A DNA stretch of 64,000 bases from Macrostomum hystrix (Eukaryota > Animalia > Platyhelminthes). The stretch is taken from contig CATNEN010000038.1 of assembly GCA_950097015.1 (NCBI GenBank), forward strand, positions 33,480,001 through 33,544,000. The letters are read 5' to 3'. The first letter of the stretch is position 1. The number at the start of each line of letters is the position of its first letter. The position numbers were made by a program, and so were the translations under genes. Of this stretch, positions 11,759 through 24,544 are shown piece by piece. Below the pieces are notes generated by a model. That model saw only the letters and a list, made by a program, of their open reading frames with translations. It was not told the origin of the DNA and made no database searches.

Positions 11759-13300
11759 ATGCCAGGCGAACAACAAGAACAGCAACTGCAGCAGCAGCAA
11801 GCAAAAGCAGGAGACACAAGCAGTGCAGTTTCTAACAAGACAAATTCCAATGAACAAGCCAAGCCAGCTCAAACAGGTGCTACTCAACAGAAGGAGCAGC
11901 AAAAGCAGCAGCAGCAGCATCATGCTAGCCAATATGGCGGCGGCTACCAGCGCCCCATAGGTCAGGGGGCGCCTTGGCCTCCGCCGCCCTACGGTCCGCA
12001 TCATGGCATGGCGTCAGCGGCAGCGCCAGGCGGATGGAGTGCCGGTTCATTCGACGACGGCTCGAATGTACCAGCCGCCTGGGGAGGCTACGGAAGTGGC
12101 TATCACCATCTGGCACATCAGCAGCAGAGGCGTCACTATCCTGCTGGTGGCGGCGTTGACGGTATCGAGCGTGGCATGGCCGGATTGAAGACTGGCTCGG
12201 CTCCGTCCAAGGATTCAGACTTTCCGGCCCTATCGGGCGGCGTCGCTGGTGGCTTTGGGGGCAACGGTGGGCCGTCGGGCAAATCCAATGCTCCGAAATC
12301 TTGGGCCAAAATAGCAGCAGGTTCTAATTCTTCGCAGACGGCGCAGCCGGAAACTCAACAGCAGCAAGATGAGCAACAGCAGCAGCAGCAGCCGCAACCA
12401 ATCCAGCAGCATCAGCAGGGTCAGCAGTTTCAGCACAATAAGCCGCGCGCCCTGGGTCGCGGATTCGCTATGCCGCCACCTCAGATGCCCTATCATCATC
12501 AGCAGCATCACCCGGCCATGTTTGGTCCTCCTCACCACATGCCGCCGCCGCCGATGCCGCTGCAGGCGCCGCCGATGCCGTCTGGCGATCTAGACGAACG
12601 AATTCGCAGCCTAATGCTGAGCGTCAATCCGCCCAGCCTAGAAGTGCCGGAAAATTCCGAGTTCTATGTTATTAAGAGCTACAGCGAAGATGACATTCAT
12701 CGGGCTATTAAATACTCGATCTGGTGCAGCACGCCGCACGGCAATTCTCGGCTTAACAAAGGCTATCAGAGAGCTACACCTCTAGGCGGCAAAGTCTACT
12801 TGCTGTTCTCTGTTAACGGCTCCGGGCACTTCTGCGGCGTCGCACAAATGACTTCGGAGGTTGATAATAGCAAGAAGGCGACAGTTTGGTGCCAGGACAA
12901 ATGGCAGGGCCAATTTAGCATCGCCTGGTTGCTAGTTAAAGATGTGCCAAATAGTCAGTTGCGCCACATTAGGATTGTCAACAACGAGAATAAGCCAGTG
13001 ACCAATTCGCGAGATTGCACTCAGGTAAGAAGGTGGTCAGTTGGCATTAACAAAAATGGATTTCTGTATGTCACTCACTCTACTGACAGTAGATAGTACA
13101 GTATATATGGCTCCTAATCACATTATATTACATTAACTACATTGTCAATTTTGCTCACAAATTTTCCACAGGTGCCAATTGAACAGGGCCGACAGGTGTT
13201 AGCGATCCTTCTGGCCTATCGCAACAGCACGAGCATCTTCGACGACTTCAATCACTACGATAGGCGCGAACAGGAAGGCAGCAGCGGCCCGCCAATGTAG
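11759..13300 (+). CDS. YTHDF: YTH domain family m6A reader (YTHDF-like); exons 11759-13024 and 13172-13300
   Basis: FYVIKSYSEDDIHRAIKYSIWCST...WCQDKW...NKPVTNSRDCTQ|VPIEQGRQVL..TSIFDDF; aromatic cage Trps intact; GT-AG intron phase 0; P/Q/G-rich N-terminus with GMAGLK and KSWAKIA motifs. Confidence 0.95.
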
Positions 13301-14324
13301 GCCTAAAACTATTCGCGCGCCTATTCAATCTACATAAGCTAGTAATCAATGTAGGTTGTCTAATGACCCTAGCAGAGAAGTGCAGCGCACTTATACAAGT
13401 TATAGTCTCTATTTTCATTTGCCCTTTCGTCTGCCTGCTATTATCCCTAAGGATTTTTTGTGCAAAGTCTAACTGGCTCAATTGGCTTGAAAAACTAAAT
13501 GCTAATATCCAACTCAATCCATGATATTGATCTTTCACTAATACCCTTCCCAAGTTATTAGAATGCAGCAAAATTGCCTGAAAATGTTCTATCCCTAAAC
13601 TTTCCATTGATGTTAATTTTGTGTGCAACTTTTTATCTTAAAATGTTTTCCCCTTTTCAGCACGAATTTCCTACTCAGAGTTTAACCTAAATATGAAATG
13701 CGGCTTAATTGTCTTAAAAAAGTGAAGTCTTAAGAAAATCTTAAGAAAAGTCTTAAAAGGAGACTAAATCCTTTTATTTGCTTCTCTGCTTTCAAATGAT
13801 TGTTGATTTTAATAAAATATTTCAAATGTTTGCCGCATATTCAGTTAAACAAATGTGGCTCAGTTTTTTTTCGACAGCAGATTTAATGGGCTTGTTTGTC
13901 TAATGGGCAATGCCTTTTGCAAACTTCTTTGAAATTGTTTAGGTATGCACCTTATTGCTGATTCTTAATCTATGATATATGCTAAATTATCTAATACTCA
14001 TTTAGTAAATCTTTAATCTATTTAATTAAATTCTACGATTTGTCCGCAGTGTCAATATTCTGTTCATTGATTCTTTGTCAAACTATTTATAATTATCTGG
14101 ACTTTTCTTGGGATGTTTTCTGTTCTATCTAACTCTAAGTGGTAGATCTAAGTGCTATAAATGTTCTAGCGTCTCATTGTTTTGTCATATTATTGTCATT
14201 TGGTGCTTTTCCCTTTTCACATATTTCCAGCTAACCCTACTCAAGTAGTAAATGCTGCTCAATCGTTTCATTTATTAGTCTTTTGCCTGCTGCCAGTAAC
14301 CCTGCAATGTCCTGTTCACATGCT

Positions 14325-16860
14325 CATCCTCTTCAGCCTTCTACCACCCCAGTTCTTCAGCCTTCTACCTGCAGTTCTTCAGCCTTCTACCTGCAGTTCT
14401 TCAGCCTTCTACCAATCCAGTTCTTCAGCCTTCTACCAATTCAGTTCTTCAGCCTTCTACCAATTCAGTTCTTCAGCCTTCTACCTGCAGTTCTTCAGCC
14501 TTCTACCTGCAGTTCTTCAGCCTTCTACCTGCAGTTCTTCAGTCTTCTACCAACCCAATTCTTCAGCCTTCTACCCCCAGTTCTTCAGCCTTCTACCTGC
14601 AGTTCTTCAGCCTTCTACCTGCAGTTCTTCAGCCTTCTACCTGCAGTTCTTCAGCCTTCTACCTGCAGTTCGTCAGCCTTCTACCAATCCAGTTCTTCAG
14701 CCTTCTACCAATCCAGTTCTTCAGCCTTCTACCAATTCAGTTCTTCAGCCTTCTACCTGCAGTTCTTCAGCCTTCTACCTGCAGTTCTTCAGCCTTCTAC
14801 CTGCAGTTCTTCAGTCTTCTACCAATCCAGTTCTTCAGCCTTCTACCTGCTGTTCTTCAGCCTACTACCTGCAGTTCTTCAGCCTTCTACCTGCAGTTCT
14901 TCAGCCTTCTACCTGCAGTTCTTCAGCCTTCTACCTGCAGTTCTTCAGCCTTCTACCAATCCAGTTCTTCAGCCTTCTACCAATCCAGTTCTTCAGCCTT
15001 CTACCAATTCAGTTCTTCAGCCTTCTACCAATTCAGTTCTTCAGCCTTCTACCTGCAGTTCTTCAGCCTTCTACCTGCAGTTCTTCAGCCTTCTACCAAC
15101 CCAATTCTTCAGCCTTCTACCCCCAGTTCTTCAGCCTTCTACCTGCAGTTCTTCAGCCTTCTACCTGCAGTTCTTCAGCCTTCTACCTGCAGTTCTTCAG
15201 CCTTCTACCTGCAGTTCGTCAGCCTTCTACCAATCCAGTTCTTCAGCCTTCTACCAATCCAGTTCTTCAGCCTTCTACCAATTCAGTTCTTCAGCCTTCT
15301 ACCTGCAGTTCTTCAGCCTTCTACCTGCAGTTCTTCAGCCTTCTACCTGCAGTTCTTCAGTCTTCTACCAATCCAGTTCTTCAGCCTTCTACCTGCTGTT
15401 CTTCAGCCTACTACCTGCAGTTCTTCAGCCTTCTACCTGCAGTTCTTCAGCCTTCTACCTGCAGTTCTTCAGCCTTCTACCTGCAGTTCGTCAGCCTTCT
15501 ACCAATCCAGTTCTTCAGCCTTCTACCAATCCAGTTCTTCAGCCTTCTACCAATTCAGTTCTTCAGCCTTCTACCTGCAGTTCTTCAGCCTTCTACCTGC
15601 AGTTCTTCAGCCTTCTACCTGCAGTTCTTCAGTCTTCTACCAATCCAGTTCTTCAGCCTTCTACCTGCAGTTCTTCAGCCTTCTGCCTGCAGTTCTTCAG
15701 CCTTCTACCTGCAGTTCTTCAGCCTTCTACCAATCCAGTTCTTCAGCCTTCTACCTGCAGTTCTTCAGCCTTCTACCTGCAGTTCTTCAGCCTTCTACCA
15801 ATCCAGTTCTTCAGCCTTCTACCAATCCAGTTCTTCAGCCTTCTACCAATCCAGTTCTTCAGCCTTCTACCTGCAGTTCTTCAGCCTTCTACCAATCCAG
15901 TTCTTCAGCCTTCTACCAATCCAGTTCTTCAGCCTTCTACCACCAGTTCTTCAGCCTTCTACCTGCAGTTCTTCTGCCTTCTACCAATCCAGTTCTTCAG
16001 CCTTCTACCAATCCAGTTCTTCAGCCTTCTACCACCAGTTCTTCAGCCTTCTACCAATCCAGTTCTTCAGCCTTCTACCAATCCAGTTCTTCAGCCTTCT
16101 ACCTGCAGTTCTTCAGCCTTCTACCAATCCAGTTCTTCAGCCTTCTACCTGCAGTTCTTCTGCCTTCTACCAATCCAGTTCTTCAGCCTTCTACCAATCC
16201 AGTTCTTCAGCCTTCTACCACCAGTTCTTCAGCCTTCTACCAATCCAGTTCTTCAGCCTTCTACCACTAGTTCTTCAGCCTTCTACCTGCAGTTCTTCAG
16301 CCTTCTACCAATCCAGTTCTTCAGCCTTCTACCACCAGTTCTTCAGCCTTCTACCTGCAGTTCTTCAGCCTTCTACCAATCCAGTTCTTCAGCCTTCTAC
16401 CACCCCAGTTCTTCAGCGTTCTACCCCCAGTTCTTCAGCATTCTACCCCCATTTCTTCAGCCTTCTACCCCCCAGTTCTTCAGCATTCTACCCCCATTTC
16501 TTCAGCCTTCTACCCCCCATTTCTTCAGCCTTCTACCCCCCAGTTCTTCAGCCTTCTACCCCCCAGTTCTTCAGCCTTCTACCCCCCAGTTCTTCAGCCT
16601 TCTACCCCCCAGTTCTTCAGCCTTCTACCCCCCAGTTCTTCAGCATTCTACCCCCATTTCTTCAGCCTTCTACCCCCCAGTTCTTCAGCATTCTACCCCC
16701 ATTTCTTCAGCCTTCTACCCCCCATTTCTTCAGCCTTCTACCTCCCAGTTCTTCAGCCTTCTACCCCCAAGTTCTTCAGCCTTTTACCCCCCAGTTCTTC
16801 AGCCTTCTACCCCCCAGTTCTTCAGCCTTCTACCCCCCAGTTCTTCAGCCTTCTACTCCA
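14325..16860. repeat. 22-24-bp satellite (CAGTTCTTCAGCCTTCTACC-TG/AATC/CCC)n with 546-bp higher-order duplication
   Basis: Visible tandem array; diagnostic variants recur at 14551/15097 and 14861/15407. Confidence 0.97.
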
Positions 16861-17539
16861 CACAAGCCTTTAGCTTGTACCCCTAGATCTTTAGTTGTAG
16901 CCCAGTAAAGTTATTCACAGGTTAGTCAAATGAGAACAAATTGAGCAGTGTGCCCCTTAGGCAAGCGAATTCTATTTTCTCTCAAAATATTTGCCTTGGT
17001 TGCTAGAGTCTTACTGCAGTGCAACTGATCAGTTTTCAGGGGCCCCGAATCAATTCAAATCAGTTTTTTAATTGTTAAAAAGTCCCTTTTTTAGAAATCG
17101 TTGCACACCTTTCTTTTTGGCTTTGTGACATGCTAGCGCTAGTTATAAGCACCATTGCTTGCAACTAAGTTTTATTAATATATATATATATATAATTACA
17201 AATTATTCTAAAATTCTAGAATGTTCATAAAAGTGTTTTCTTCTGTCTTGTCACCTACCTTAAGCTCTTTTTTTGTTTTTGATTTCAAATGCGCCTTCCA
17301 ACTGGAAAGAAAACTCTTCGTGACATCTGCCTTCTCTCCCCTGTCTCCATGCTTGTGTGCGCGTCGGTCATTGCGACTCTGGTTTTGTTTCAGTTGATTG
17401 TTGACTAGTATATTCCTGATGCCGAAGTCAGAGGAGACATTTGAAATTAAAATAATAAATAAGAGTTTCATTATAATGTCTTTTCCTTTTCAATTATAGT
17501 ATAAAAATATGGATGCACTACTGAAGTCTTATATGAGAG

Positions 17540-19220
17540 CCTATCAGCTTCCCAGTTCCCATAGACAGTTAATCAGTTTCACAGATCCCCATAGACAGTT
17601 AATCAGCTTCCCAGATCCTTATATACAGTTAATCATCTTCACAGATCCCCATAGACAGTTAATCCGCTTCCCAGATCCTTATAGACAGTTAATCCGCTTC
17701 CCAGATCCTTATAGACAGTTAATCCGCTTCCCAGATCCTTATATACAGTTAATCATCTTCACAGATCCCCATAGACAGTTAATCCGCTTCCCAGATCCTT
17801 ATAGACAGTTAATCAGCTTCCCAGATCCTTATAGACAGTTAATCAGCTTCCCAGATCCTTATATACAATTAATCAGCTTCCCAGATCCCCATAGACAGTT
17901 AATCACCTTCCCAGATCCCCATAGACAGTCAGTCACCTTCCCAGATCCCATAGACAGTTAATCAGTTTCACAGATCCCCATAGACAGTTAATCACCTTCC
18001 CAGATCCCCATAGACAGTTAATCAGCTTCCCAGATCCCCATAGACAGTTAATCACCTTCCCAGATCCCCATAGACAGTCAGTCACCTTCCCAGATCCCCA
18101 TAGACAGTTAATCAGCTTCCCAGATCCCCATAGACAGTTAATCAGCTTCCCAAATCCTTATATACAGTTAATCATCTTCCCAGATTCTTATAGACAGTTA
18201 ATCAGCTTCCCAGATCCTTATAGACAGTTAATCCGCTTCCCAGATCCATATAGACAGTTAATCCGCTTCCCAGATCCTTTGAAGACTGTTAATCAGCTTC
18301 CCAGATCCTTTTAGACAGTTAATCCGCTTCCCAGATCCTTATAGACAGTTAATCAGCTTCCCAGATCCCCATAGACAGTTAATCAGCTTCCCAGATCCTT
18401 ATAGACAGTTAATCAGCTTCCCAGATCCTTATAGACAGTTAATCCGCTTCCCAGATCCTTATATACAGTTAATAATCTTCACAGATCCCCATAGACAGTT
18501 AATCCGCTTCCCAGATCCTTATATACAGTTAATCATCTTCACAGATCCCCATAGACAGTTAATCCGCTTCCCAGATCCTTATAGACAGTTAATCAGCTTC
18601 CCAGATCCTTATAGACAGTTAATCAGCTTCCCAGATCCTTATAGACAGTTAATCAGCTTCCCAGATCCTTATAGACAGTTAATCAGCTTCCCAGATCCTT
18701 ATAGACACTAGACAGTTAATCCGCTTCCCAGATCCTTATAGACAGTTAATCAGCTTCCCAGATCCTTATAGACAGTTAATCCGCTTCCCAGATCCTTATA
18801 TACAGTTAATAATCTTCACAGATCCCCATAGACAGTTAATCCGCTTCCCAGATCCTTATATACAGTTAATCATCTTCACAGATCCCCATAGACAGTTAAT
18901 CCGCTTCCCAGATCCTTATAGACAGTTAATCAGCTTCCCAGATCCTTATAGACAGTTAATCAGCTTCCCAGATCCTTATAGACAGTTAATCAGCTTCCCA
19001 GATCCTTATAGACAGTTAATCAGCTTCCCAGATCCTTATAGACAGTTAATCCGCTTACCAGATCCTTATAGACAGTTAATCAGCTTCCCAGATCCTTATA
19101 GACAGTTAATCAGCTTCCCAGATCCCCATAGACAGTTAATCAGCTTCCCAGATCCTTATAGACAGTTAATCAGCTTCCCAGATCCCCATTAAGAGTCAGT
19201 CAACTTTACAGATCCCCATA
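17540..19220. repeat. 30-bp minisatellite (ATAGACAGTTAATCAGCTTCCCAGATCCTT)n, ~55 copies
   Basis: Visible tandem array ending just before the TRAPPC12 acceptor at 19263. Confidence 0.97.
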
Positions 19221-19263
19221 GGCATAGGCGATAAACAAAGTCGCATCGCATCTTATCCCGCAG

Positions 19264-22200
19264 GATCAGCCAGTCCCGAGCTCCGGCCTGCCCGATGAAG
19301 AGGCGGGCTCGATCGCTGCATCCTCGCTGGCGCCCGCGCCTCCGCACGGCCCCCTGCCGCCAATGCGGCCGGTGGTGAAGTCGGACTCGCAGGCTAATTT
19401 CGTCAGCGCTCCCGACAGTCTCGTGTCGCCCACGGTCCCGGAGACTGTGACTTATGCCAATCCGCTCGTTGATGAAGAAGACGACAGCAATGCCGGCTTG
19501 CCGGACGCCGCCCTAGACAATGACATTGCCAAAGATAAAGCCGCGGCTGATGTAGAAGACGATGAAACCGCGGACAGCCTTGCCAGCTTGTCAAAGGCTT
19601 CGCTGCCATCAGACAGGCGGCAATCCGAGGATCCGCCTAGCGTGATCCGGGTTGTTCGACCTCGCACCACTAGCGAATCTTGCGATGCTGAAGTGTCTCA
19701 GGTGCCCGAAGAAGACCAGCGACTGCAGCAACAGCAGCAGCAGCAGCAGCAGCCACAACACAAGCAGCCGCTGTCTGTGGCTGACTACTTCGCCGATTTG
19801 CAGACAGAAGTCGGCTTTTTGGATGGTGCGTTTCTGTTGCTGACTTCAGGTTGTTTCCAGCTTCCCAGATCTTCAGGTTGAGTTCCCAGTTTGCTTCCCG
19901 GATCTTCAGGTTGGGTTTCCAGCTTCCCAGATCTTCAGGTTGGGTTTCCAGCTTTCCAGATCTTCAGGTTGGGGTTCCAGCTTCCCAGATCTTCAAGTTG
20001 GGTTTCCAGCTTGCCAGATCTTCAGGTTGGGTTTCCAGCTTGCTTACCAGATCTTCCGGTTAGGTTTCCAGCTTGCTTACCAGATCTTCAGGTTGAGTTT
20101 CCAGCTTCCCTCATCTTCGGGTACTAACTTTCCCGACCACTTTCTAATTTCAGTTGGGTCAGATGAAGGTGCAGGATCTGCGGCTGTCGCTGCGGCAGCC
20201 GGCGAGCCGGAGGCGGACCTATTCACTGACAGCATTCGCTCCGGCGAGGCGGAGCGCCGGATGGATGCCTGGCTACCGTTGGAGGCCACCAGGCAGCTGC
20301 TGGACAGCGTAGTGGCTGGCAAACTGGATCCCACTAAGGTAATAATGCTAATTATTAGTGTATTTGCAGGTGGGCACTGATACAACACTTTGTTGACACG
20401 ACCCGCAGCCAGCGAGAGGCAATTCTGCCCATTCCGCTGACTCCTGAGCACACACGCACAAAATAGTATGCACAGGCACACTCTCAAACAGAGCGTGTAC
20501 ATCTGCCCTTAATTTCCCATCTTAGTTAGGTACAAGACTGACCTATATTATAAAAATGTAGCGATTAGTGCAAAAATTAACGTTTTTTATGAAACTCATG
20601 CTTTCAAATACAGCGAACAGCAAAAACGCATTGACAGTTTTACATCGACTGCAAAAGCAGGTATCACGGTTCGTATAGCCATGTCCGCTATCGTTCAGAA
20701 CAGTAACGACTAAGAAGTAACGATTTTTAGAGAAAGTAACGAAAAAATATGCACTAAACGAAATAACTAATGAAACCACGTGTACCCTCAGGTTGACGCC
20801 AGCCAGCTAACTAGGCCATCTCTGCAGCACCTACAGCAGCAGCAACAGCAGCAGCAGCCAAATCCGATGCGAGATCTCCTAGTTCGCTTCTGCGGCGAGT
20901 CCATCGCCCGCGGCTGCGCGCCCAACGCCGACTCCGTGCCGCAGGATGCCACCGGAGCTGCTCAGCTGTTTCGGACCGGTTGCTACCGCGCCTGCCTTGA
21001 CCTGCTGGCTCGCCTCCTGCTCCAGCATCACCAGCAGCAGTTGCAGCATCCGCATCAGCAGCACAGTCCGGCCAGTCTCCGTCTTTGGTTCGCTCGCCTA
21101 TCGCTGCTGCTGCGTACGCGCCAGAGTCAAATTGCTGAAGTCGAGCTGGCGCCGTTTCGCAGCCTCGATGGCCCCGACCTGTACTATGAGTTCTATCCTG
21201 GCCTGTATCCGGGTCGGCGGGGTAGCATGGTGAGCAACGGCCAACGATTTTCCCCGTGTCTGCAGGGTTTTTGCGGTGCCTGTCGGGTTTCTAATGTGTT
21301 TGTATGCTTTTTTATTTTTGTACTGCCTGAAACTCGGACGTCCTTTTAAACAGGACAAGAGATTCGTCAGCTGACTGAGTGTTGCCAAGTAGCTTTGACA
21401 TCTCTTCGCAGTTTTGCATCCGTCCATGATTTCAAAACAATAGTCACTTTTCCTTCAGTAGCCGTTGCCTGTTCGAACTCAATGAGTTCGCGGTCTTCAG
21501 TAATACGAAAACGTATAGCCCCATACGGCAGCAATTACACTTGTACGAGGGGTGTTGCAAAAGTTTCCGGACTAATGCTAATCCTGGTGAAAAATCGTGT
21601 TTGATTTGGCTGAAAATTGATGTCTATGGTATTCAGCCGTAGAAAATACTTTTCCTAAAATGTTACGCAGCTTAGTCAACCACAGCATACATGAGGGCCA
21701 AAATAGGTTGCAACCCTTTGAAGCTGTTGACACGATTTTTCACAAACCAAAAGTGAGCGAAAATGAGTCGACCGAAGAATCCATCGGAGTTCGGGTCTAA
21801 GGAAAGCCAGCGCCACTTTATCATGGCATGCCAACGACAGGACAAAACAGCCGATTTCCGATTTCCACCGATTTTCGCCGATTTCCACCTCTTTGGCCCA
21901 ATGAAGATGCCAATGCGGGGCGAGATCTTCACAACGCGCGAGGAGGTCCTCGAAGCAGCCAACAAGTCTCTACGTCAGTTCGATGCCAGCTTCTGGGGGT
22001 CTGGCTTCGACAAGCTGATTGAGCGCTACCGAAAATGCATCTCCGTAAATGGCGAATACGTGGTTAGCGAGCCAACAATCAACCTGTGGACGCATCCGGC
22101 GATAGAAGCGACAGTGACAGTGATTGGTAGCTGTAACTCGGAAATCGTATTTCATGACTATAATAATCTAGTGTACAATCGCTTGTTACTTTGGACCATC

Positions 22201-23799
22201 AACTCCAAACTTTCTAAAACTTTATAATATAAAATACAGTTGCCTGTTCGTCTGTTTACATTTTTTGCTGAATCAGACTAAGATTATCACCATGACGAGC
22301 ACTAGTCCGGAAACTTTTGCAACAACCCTCGTATTTATGGTGATTGACATTGGCAGTGCGATCCTCTGGAAGTAGAGGATATAAGAAGATGTGAAGATCT
22401 GATGAGTATGAGTATGAAGATCGAGTTTCAAAATAGAAAACTTTATAACATTCGGTAGAGCAACATGTTAGGCAAGTCATATCAAAAGAACAGCTTTTTA
22501 TCTGCTTTAAATCAAAAGCTGTCACCATTACGATCTGATAAAAAGTGAAATTTTCCTATCTCCGTGGTGTCTTTTTTTCGCGAAAATCAGCCTATGAATA
22601 TTTTTCTAACAAACGTAGTTTCCCGCCCTTCTACTCCTTGGGGTCCTCGACTTAGCTAAAAAGAAATGCCTGATATAGTTACGTAATTGTATACTCAATA
22701 ATATGTATATATTACACTATATTTTCCTATATCTACCAATTTTCCTATTATCTACCAGGTGCCATTTGGGATGCGGCTGCTTCACGCCGAGCTGGGTGGA
22801 GCCGGAGCCCTGGCCCGCCTGTACTTTTTAGTCGCTGTCATCGACAGGATGCTGTGCAACCTGCGCGCCGGCCTGTCCGAGGCGGGACTCGACCTGCCGC
22901 CAATGTCGCCGGAGCAGCGCTCCGCTTCCGTAGATTTGTGGCAACGACGCAAAGCTGCCGTTCTCTATAGCGTTGCTAACAACTTGACAACGGTTGCTAG
23001 GGATCACGCAGCCGCTGCCAGGGTCTACGGCCAGCTGCTAGCGCTGGATCCGGCCAACTCTGAGCGAATATGGGCTGCCCTTGGTCGGCTTTCCATGCAG
23101 GTGATTAGCAAAACGAATAATTAGCAAATTATCTACACCAATGAACACCACTGCGCACCAATTGTCAGTTGCAGTGTATAGTCTGTATCCTGAACCCCAC
23201 TGTCACAGTGTCTGTAAATAGACTGTATTCCTAACCCGACTGTCACAGTGTCTGTATACAGTCTGTATGCTGAATTCCACTGTCACAGTGTCTGTAAATT
23301 GTCTGTATAGTTAACCCCACTGTCACAGTGTCTGTAAGTAGTCTGAAATCCTGACGTTCAAATATCCTGAACTGCGGACCCAACCGTCCAGGTCGGCGAT
23401 CTGCAGTCGGCTCGCCACCACCTTGGCCGGTGCGCGCAGTCGGCGCCCCCTGAACGGCGCGACTTCTACGCCGCCCAGCTGGCCGTGAGTAGCGCCGACT
23501 GGCCCACAGCTCAGCGCCTTCTGCGCTCCGCACTGGAAGCCAATCCGAACAATATCTTGGCTGCCAACAACCTGGCCGTCATCTCCCTGTACACTGGCCA
23601 GCTGCGCGAAGCCATTCGCCTGCTGGAGTCGCTGCTGGAACGCGAGCCACGTCTGGCTATTCACGAAGGCCTAGTGTTCAATCTGTGCACAATGTACGAC
23701 CTGGAGTCAAGCAAGGCTGTGGGTAAAAAGACCCGCCTGTTGGAAACCGTTGCTAGGCATCGGGGCGATAATTTCGATGTGGCCGCTTTTAAGTTTTGA
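19264..23799 (+). CDS. TRAPPC12: TRAPP complex subunit 12 (TTC15); exons 19264-19825, 20154-20338, 20792-21229, 22759-23100, 23392-23799; start exon not located
   Basis: Motifs ERRMDAWLP.EATR, DLYYEFYPGLYPGRRGSM|VPFGMRLLHAEL, TPR ANNLAVISLY, LVFNLCTMYDLESS; all introns GT-AG with consistent phases. Confidence 0.92.
19845..20110. repeat. ~29-33-bp intronic minisatellite (CCAGCTTCCCAGATCTTCAGGTTGGGTTT)n
   Basis: About 8-9 degenerate tandem units filling most of a TRAPPC12 intron. Confidence 0.9.
20350..20510 (-). mobile_element. 3' part of SINE family 1
   Basis: Reverse complement of GTGTGCTCAGGAGTCAGCGGAATGGGCAGAATTGCCTCTCGCTGGCTGCGGGTC. Confidence 0.8.
21544..22333 (+). mobile_element. Internally deleted mariner DNA transposon in a TRAPPC12 intron
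   Basis: TA duplications plus ~34-bp TIRs CGAGGGGTGTTGCAAAAGTTTCCGGACTAATGCT; transposase C-terminal remnant DFHLFGPMK...KLIERYRKCISVNGEYV. Confidence 0.92.
23178..23345. repeat. 40-bp intronic tandem repeat, ~4 copies
   Basis: TGTCACAGTGTCTGTA recurs at 23201, 23241, 23281, 23321. Confidence 0.9.
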
Positions 23800-24544
23800 T
23801 GCGATCAACAACTGTTCCTTGTCCTTTAACAGTTACAATTATTAACAGTAGAATAGTCAAATCGCTGACGTATATTCACATCTGTTTATATTTGTTTAGT
23901 ATTGGTTGTTGATTTTGTTTTGTTATTGGTGCACAGCTAGTCAAAATATATTGTCGCATGCTTAAATGCTTTATCGAAAGATTATTAAATATAATAGACA
24001 TAATTTGGACAGTTCTATCTGCAAATTTCTTGTGGCTTTCTTCAACGGCTCAAAATATTACACGTTTTTACTATTGTCATCTTCTAAGCCATTCTAAATT
24101 GTTCTTCCATCAACAATCATCAGGAATTGCAGCAAAAATTTACTACGCACCACTGCAAACAGTCCCAAAGAACCTCTCGCATACTTGCTTTCACTTGCTT
24201 TGTCTGGCTACAATTCAAGGTTCAAAGTTCTCCTTATGGCTGGTAATGCCCAGCTCAAAAAAACATTTCGTCGCGTCAAGGCTTCGGCAGTCTCTGCGAA
24301 TGGCAGCGGGTGCGAAACTAACAGGGACCTCGCGGCAGCGCCGGACCCTGTGAAGTTGTGCAGCGAATTTAGCACCTGGCTGTGTGGCATTCTGTGTTCC
24401 TACCAGCATCTGCTAGGGTACTTCAGTAGAAATTCGGCTGGAGTGAGGAGGCCTCTTCAGTGCAGTCCACGGACTGAACAGCTTGCTGTGCGCAGCGGCG
24501 TTGTGTCAAGCTTAAATAAAGATACGTTTGATCTTGGCTCCTGT

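Noticed and set aside
14182-16908. 908 aa and 867 aa ORFs
   Set aside because: Products of a stop-free satellite read in shifting frames; no credible protein features
17208-17961. ORFs 17208-17471 (-) and 17509-17961 (+) as genes or the TRAPPC12 start
   Set aside because: No homology; the + ORF is mostly minisatellite and has no convincing donor
24185-24544. Possible eighth family member or PAN-like gene interrupted by the LINE
   Set aside because: No DNA similarity to the core; only a vague Cys pattern with stops
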